Source of the DNA: an uncultured Candidatus Woesearchaeota archaeon
GTDB lineage: Archaea; Nanobdellota; Nanobdellia; Woesearchaeales; GW2011-AR9
Reading direction: 5' to 3'
Assembly: GCA_902529885.1 (NCBI GenBank)
Contig: CABZYC010000001.1
Span: forward strand, 89,719-153,718
Length of the DNA stretch: 64,000 nt
The notes under the pieces are model-generated. The model did not search any database. It was not told the DNA's origin and saw only the letters and a list, made by a program, of their open reading frames with translations. Numbering within the stretch: the first letter of the stretch is position 1; every line of letters begins with the position of its first letter. Of this stretch, positions 61,378 to 64,000 are shown in pieces. Both the position numbers and the translations under genes were made by a program.

Positions 61378-64000
61378 TTAGATCACCCTCAATACACGGT
61401 GAGTAGTATGCATGTAATCGTCATTGCTAGCAACAACTCGAACATCATACAATTTATTCCGCGCATAACTTGGCACATATACCTGAATTTGTTGTGATAA
61501 TTGTTCACCGGATTCGATGGTGACACTATCACTAACATAGATTACGCCAAGCTCAGGGATTGAAACAGAAATCTGGAAATTTTCCAAATCTTGTTCCCCG
61601 TCGTTCGTCATACCAACTGTAAGTACATTGTACTCCCCAGCTCGCACGTCCTGGTCGTCAAACTGTACATTACTATATTTCACGTTCCGTACAGGTTCAC
61701 GAACATGGATTGTAAAGGTTTGATAAACCGTATACAATTCATCTGATACACTCAGAACTACTTCATAGTCACCAATCATTTGTGGTGTCCATGATAATAA
61801 TAATTCATCATCATCAAACGTCATGCCGTCAGGACCTTCTTCCAAGTCAACGTCAAGTTCCGTAGCTTCGTGGTCATCCACGATAATCTGGTACGTATAC
61901 TCTTCATAACGAATAGCAGTCGTATCAGGTTCACTTTGGAACTCAGGTTCACTGTTCACATCGTAAACAGTGATGGTCACTGTTGTTTCTACAGTAGATT
62001 CTGCATCGTCAACAGTAATGTCAACTTCGTACGCACGACCTTCCTCAGAACCTGCATAATAATCAGGCGTCCAAGTTAAGGTGTACTCTTCCCCATCAAC
62101 AGTAAGTGTTGCATCATCTAAATCAGATAAATCAACACTAACTGAGACAGTTTCCCCGTCAGGATCGTCCACTGAAAATGTATATTCCAGGGTTTCACCT
62201 TCATTCGTGGATACATCTGTTGCATCAACAGTTGGGTCACGGTTCACATTAGACACAGTGATAGTTACTGTACCTTCAACATCGTGAACATCGTCAGTAA
62301 CTGTTAATTCAATTACAATGTCACCTGCATCTTCGTACCCTAACTCATAGGATACAGTAGCAGTTCCGTCACCATTATCGGTAACGTTTGCACCATCAGT
62401 ACTAGTTGCAAAAACTAAATCGTCACCATCAGCGTCAGTAGCCCCAATAGTAAACTCAATTGTTTCACCTTCACTCGCAGTTTGGTCTTCTAATACAGAC
62501 CATTCAGGAGCAACATTATCGTCAACAATAATTTCACAAGTATCATTCACTGTGTCAAAACCGTCATCAACAGTAACGCTGAATGTGTGCGTACCTTCCT
62601 GGTCATAATCAGGTGTCCACGATAAAGTGTCACCATCAATTGTTAGACCACTTGGTTCACCAACCAATGTGATAGTATGCGTATCTTCAGTATCAAGATC
62701 TGTAATCTCAATTGTACCTTCGTATGCTTCACCTTCGTCAGCGTCAGGGTTAGGACACACAAAAACAGCTTCTTGGTTAACATCTGTCACAGTAACTTCA
62801 AAGTCTGTACTGATTGATTCAGCGCCAACAGTAGCTTCTGTCGCAATAACTTCTACAGTGAACGTGTCTTCAGTCAACATATGTTGTACTAAACTGTAAT
62901 CAGGTTCGATAGTGATTGTTACAGTATCAGTAGTTGAACTTGTATCAATGTTAATCATGTTCGCAACAACATCTTGACCGTTATCAGTCATAGCATCAAC
63001 GTTTACAGTGAAGACCATGTCATCACCGTTCAAATCGTTCACTTCAATGTCATATACTAATTCGTCACCCTCAGTTACTTCTTGGTCAGCAATGCTTGTT
63101 ACCCACCCAGGAGAATCACATGCATCGCCAGCACCGTCAACGTCAGTATCAGCTTGATCAGCATTTTCTACGTCAGGACAGTTATCAATGCTGTCAGGTA
63201 CACCGTCAGCGTCTTCATCAATGTTCACAGTGAACACGATAACTTCAGAATCATCACCGCTATCATCTGTTAAAGTTGCAGTTAAACTATACGTTCCAGC
63301 AACACCAGTAACATAGTCACTATCAGTAACAGTTACTTCTCCACTACACTCGTAGAATGAACCATATATATTATCACAAGTGTCAGCCGGTACAACAGTA
63401 GTACTCAACATATTATCTGCCACACCCATGCTACCTTCTTGTAAAGCAACTTCTAGATCAAATTCAGATGCAGAAGTTACAATGGTATACTCAGCAGTAA
63501 CATTGTCACCATCAGTAATTAGCATCTCGGATGACCCATCATCAAATGTGAAGTTCAATGTGCTTTCTGTACTGTCACTTGGTGTAGCATCTGTATCTTC
63601 AACTAAGAAGATCCAGTCTGCATAGGTTAATGCACCTTCAGTATCTTCAACTTCTACACTAATTGTATAGTATAAGCCGCTGTCATCTGCATCATAATCA
63701 CCAGGAGACAATTCTTCACTTGTACCAACAAAGTTTAATGTTAAGAAGCCGTCAGCCGTAGCAGCACGTGACACAGTTACCCAAGATGGTTTACTTACAA
63801 CATCGTATGATAAGACGTCACCGTTTGGATCGTATGCAGTCAATGTGCCACTATAAGCATCACCTTCAGTCATGACACCATAACCAGGTGTACTCACTAC
63901 TACTGGTGCATCATTATCTTCGCTTAATGCAACAACAGTCAAGTTAACACTACTCGTGTCTTCACCATTGTTAAAATCAGAAACGATTGTATAATCCCCG
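61378..64000 (-). CDS. Giant acidic surface protein, C-terminal >870 aa only, with Ig-like (He_PIG) domains and a thrombospondin type-3 Ca-binding repeat. The gene continues beyond the window end.
   Basis: The reverse frame stays open to position 64000; the ORF track's 'M' at 63942 is a TTG inside the continuing frame. It contains DEDADGVPDSIDNCPDVENADQADTDVDGAGDACD (a canonical TSP type-3 repeat). WTP motifs recur (DTLSWTPDYDQEGTHTFSVTVDDG, YTLTWTPDYYAGSEEGRAYEVDITVDD, LLLSWTPQMIGDYEVVLSVSDE). The last ~110 aa (…YSNVQFDDQDVRAGEYNVLTVGMTNDGEQDLENFQISVSIPELG…) are a beta-sandwich module related to the 59998 protein (shared SVSIPELG). No C-terminal TM. Confidence 0.75.
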   Translation of the reverse strand, partial: GDYTIVSDFNNGEDTSSVNLTVVALSEDNDAPVVVSTPGYGVMTEGDAYSGTLTAYDPNGDVLSYDVVSKPSWVTVSRAATADGFLTLNFVGTSEELSPGDYDADDSGLYYTISVEVEDTEGALTYADWIFLVEDTDATPSDSTESTLNFTFDDGSSEMLITDGDNVTAEYTIVTSASEFDLEVALQEGSMGVADNMLSTTVVPADTCDNIYGSFYECSGEVTVTDSDYVTGVAGTYSLTATLTDDSGDDSEVIVFTVNIDEDADGVPDSIDNCPDVENADQADTDVDGAGDACDSPGWVTSIADQEVTEGDELVYDIEVNDLNGDDMVFTVNVDAMTDNGQDVVANMINIDTSSTTDTVTITIEPDYSLVQHMLTEDTFTVEVIATEATVGAESISTDFEVTVTDVNQEAVFVCPNPDADEGEAYEGTIEITDLDTEDTHTITLVGEPSGLTIDGDTLSWTPDYDQEGTHTFSVTVDDGFDTVNDTCEIIVDDNVAPEWSVLEDQTASEGETIEFTIGATDADGDDLVFATSTDGANVTDNGDGTATVSYELGYEDAGDIVIELTVTDDVHDVEGTVTITVSNVNRDPTVDATDVSTNEGETLEYTFSVDDPDGETVSVSVDLSDLDDATLTVDGEEYTLTWTPDYYAGSEEGRAYEVDITVDDAESTVETTVTITVYDVNSEPEFQSEPDTTAIRYEEYTYQIIVDDHEATELDVDLEEGPDGMTFDDDELLLSWTPQMIGDYEVVLSVSDELYTVYQTFTIHVREPVRNVKYSNVQFDDQDVRAGEYNVLTVGMTNDGEQDLENFQISVSIPELGVIYVSDSVTIESGEQLSQQIQVYVPSYARNKLYDVRVVASNDDYMHTTHRVLRVI

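Noticed and set aside
63940-63942. ORF-track start 'MTVVALS…' for the last gene
   Set aside because: That 'M' is a TTG codon inside an open frame that continues uninterrupted to position 64000. The gene is truncated by the window, not started there.
1-64000. tRNA, rRNA or other structured RNA genes
   Set aside because: Intergenic regions are all 230 nt or shorter and AT-rich. I found no GC-rich acceptor-stem or T-loop (GTTCRANYC) candidates in them by eye. A tRNAscan or Infernal run would be needed to be certain.

Overview
The window is an AT-rich, very compact chromosomal segment from an archaeon. Genes overlap by 4–14 nt throughout, and I saw no rRNA, tRNA, CRISPR, transposase or integrase. 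The archaeal identity rests on recognisable proteins: exosome superoperon (RNase P Pop5, proteasome alpha, SBDS, Rrp4, Rrp41), e-type ribosomal proteins (S19e, L39e, L31e, S3Ae), Cbf5, fibrillarin, FEN-1, tRNA-splicing endonuclease, an RFC-like clamp loader and archaeal-type GlyRS, AspRS and GluRS. A small-genome or DPANN-like lifestyle is my inference from gene density and the abundance of giant surface proteins; I could not run a search to confirm it. Housekeeping metabolism includes IMPDH, AMP phosphorylase, a non-oxidative pentose-phosphate trio (RpiB, Rpe, transketolase), glutamate dehydrogenase, thioredoxin reductase and a MacB/FtsX-type ABC exporter. Five groups of features are unusual. 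(1) A ~9 kb gene encodes a 2,981-aa membrane-anchored protein made of NosD/pectate-lyase-like beta-helix repeats. (2) A locus of at least four tandem, extremely acidic surface proteins built from Ig-like (He_PIG/cadherin-like) domains and one thrombospondin type-3 Ca-binding repeat; the last gene runs off the window end. (3) A bacterial-style D-amino-acid/muropeptide-like module: D-aminopeptidase DppA, an aspartate racemase overlapping an ATP-grasp ligase, a secreted GH3 NagZ-like hexosaminidase and small Cys-rich secreted proteins. (4) An extracytoplasmic oxidative-folding kit: a DsbA–cupredoxin-like fusion with a K/E-rich tandem repeat, a trxB–VKOR overlapping operon and a ferredoxin. (5) Several in-frame tandem repeats and homopolymer tracts inside surface-protein genes. 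All calls come from reading the six-frame translations and motifs by eye; no database search was possible. Several starts in the ORF track use TTG/GTG, and I moved them to the in-frame ATG where homology supported it.
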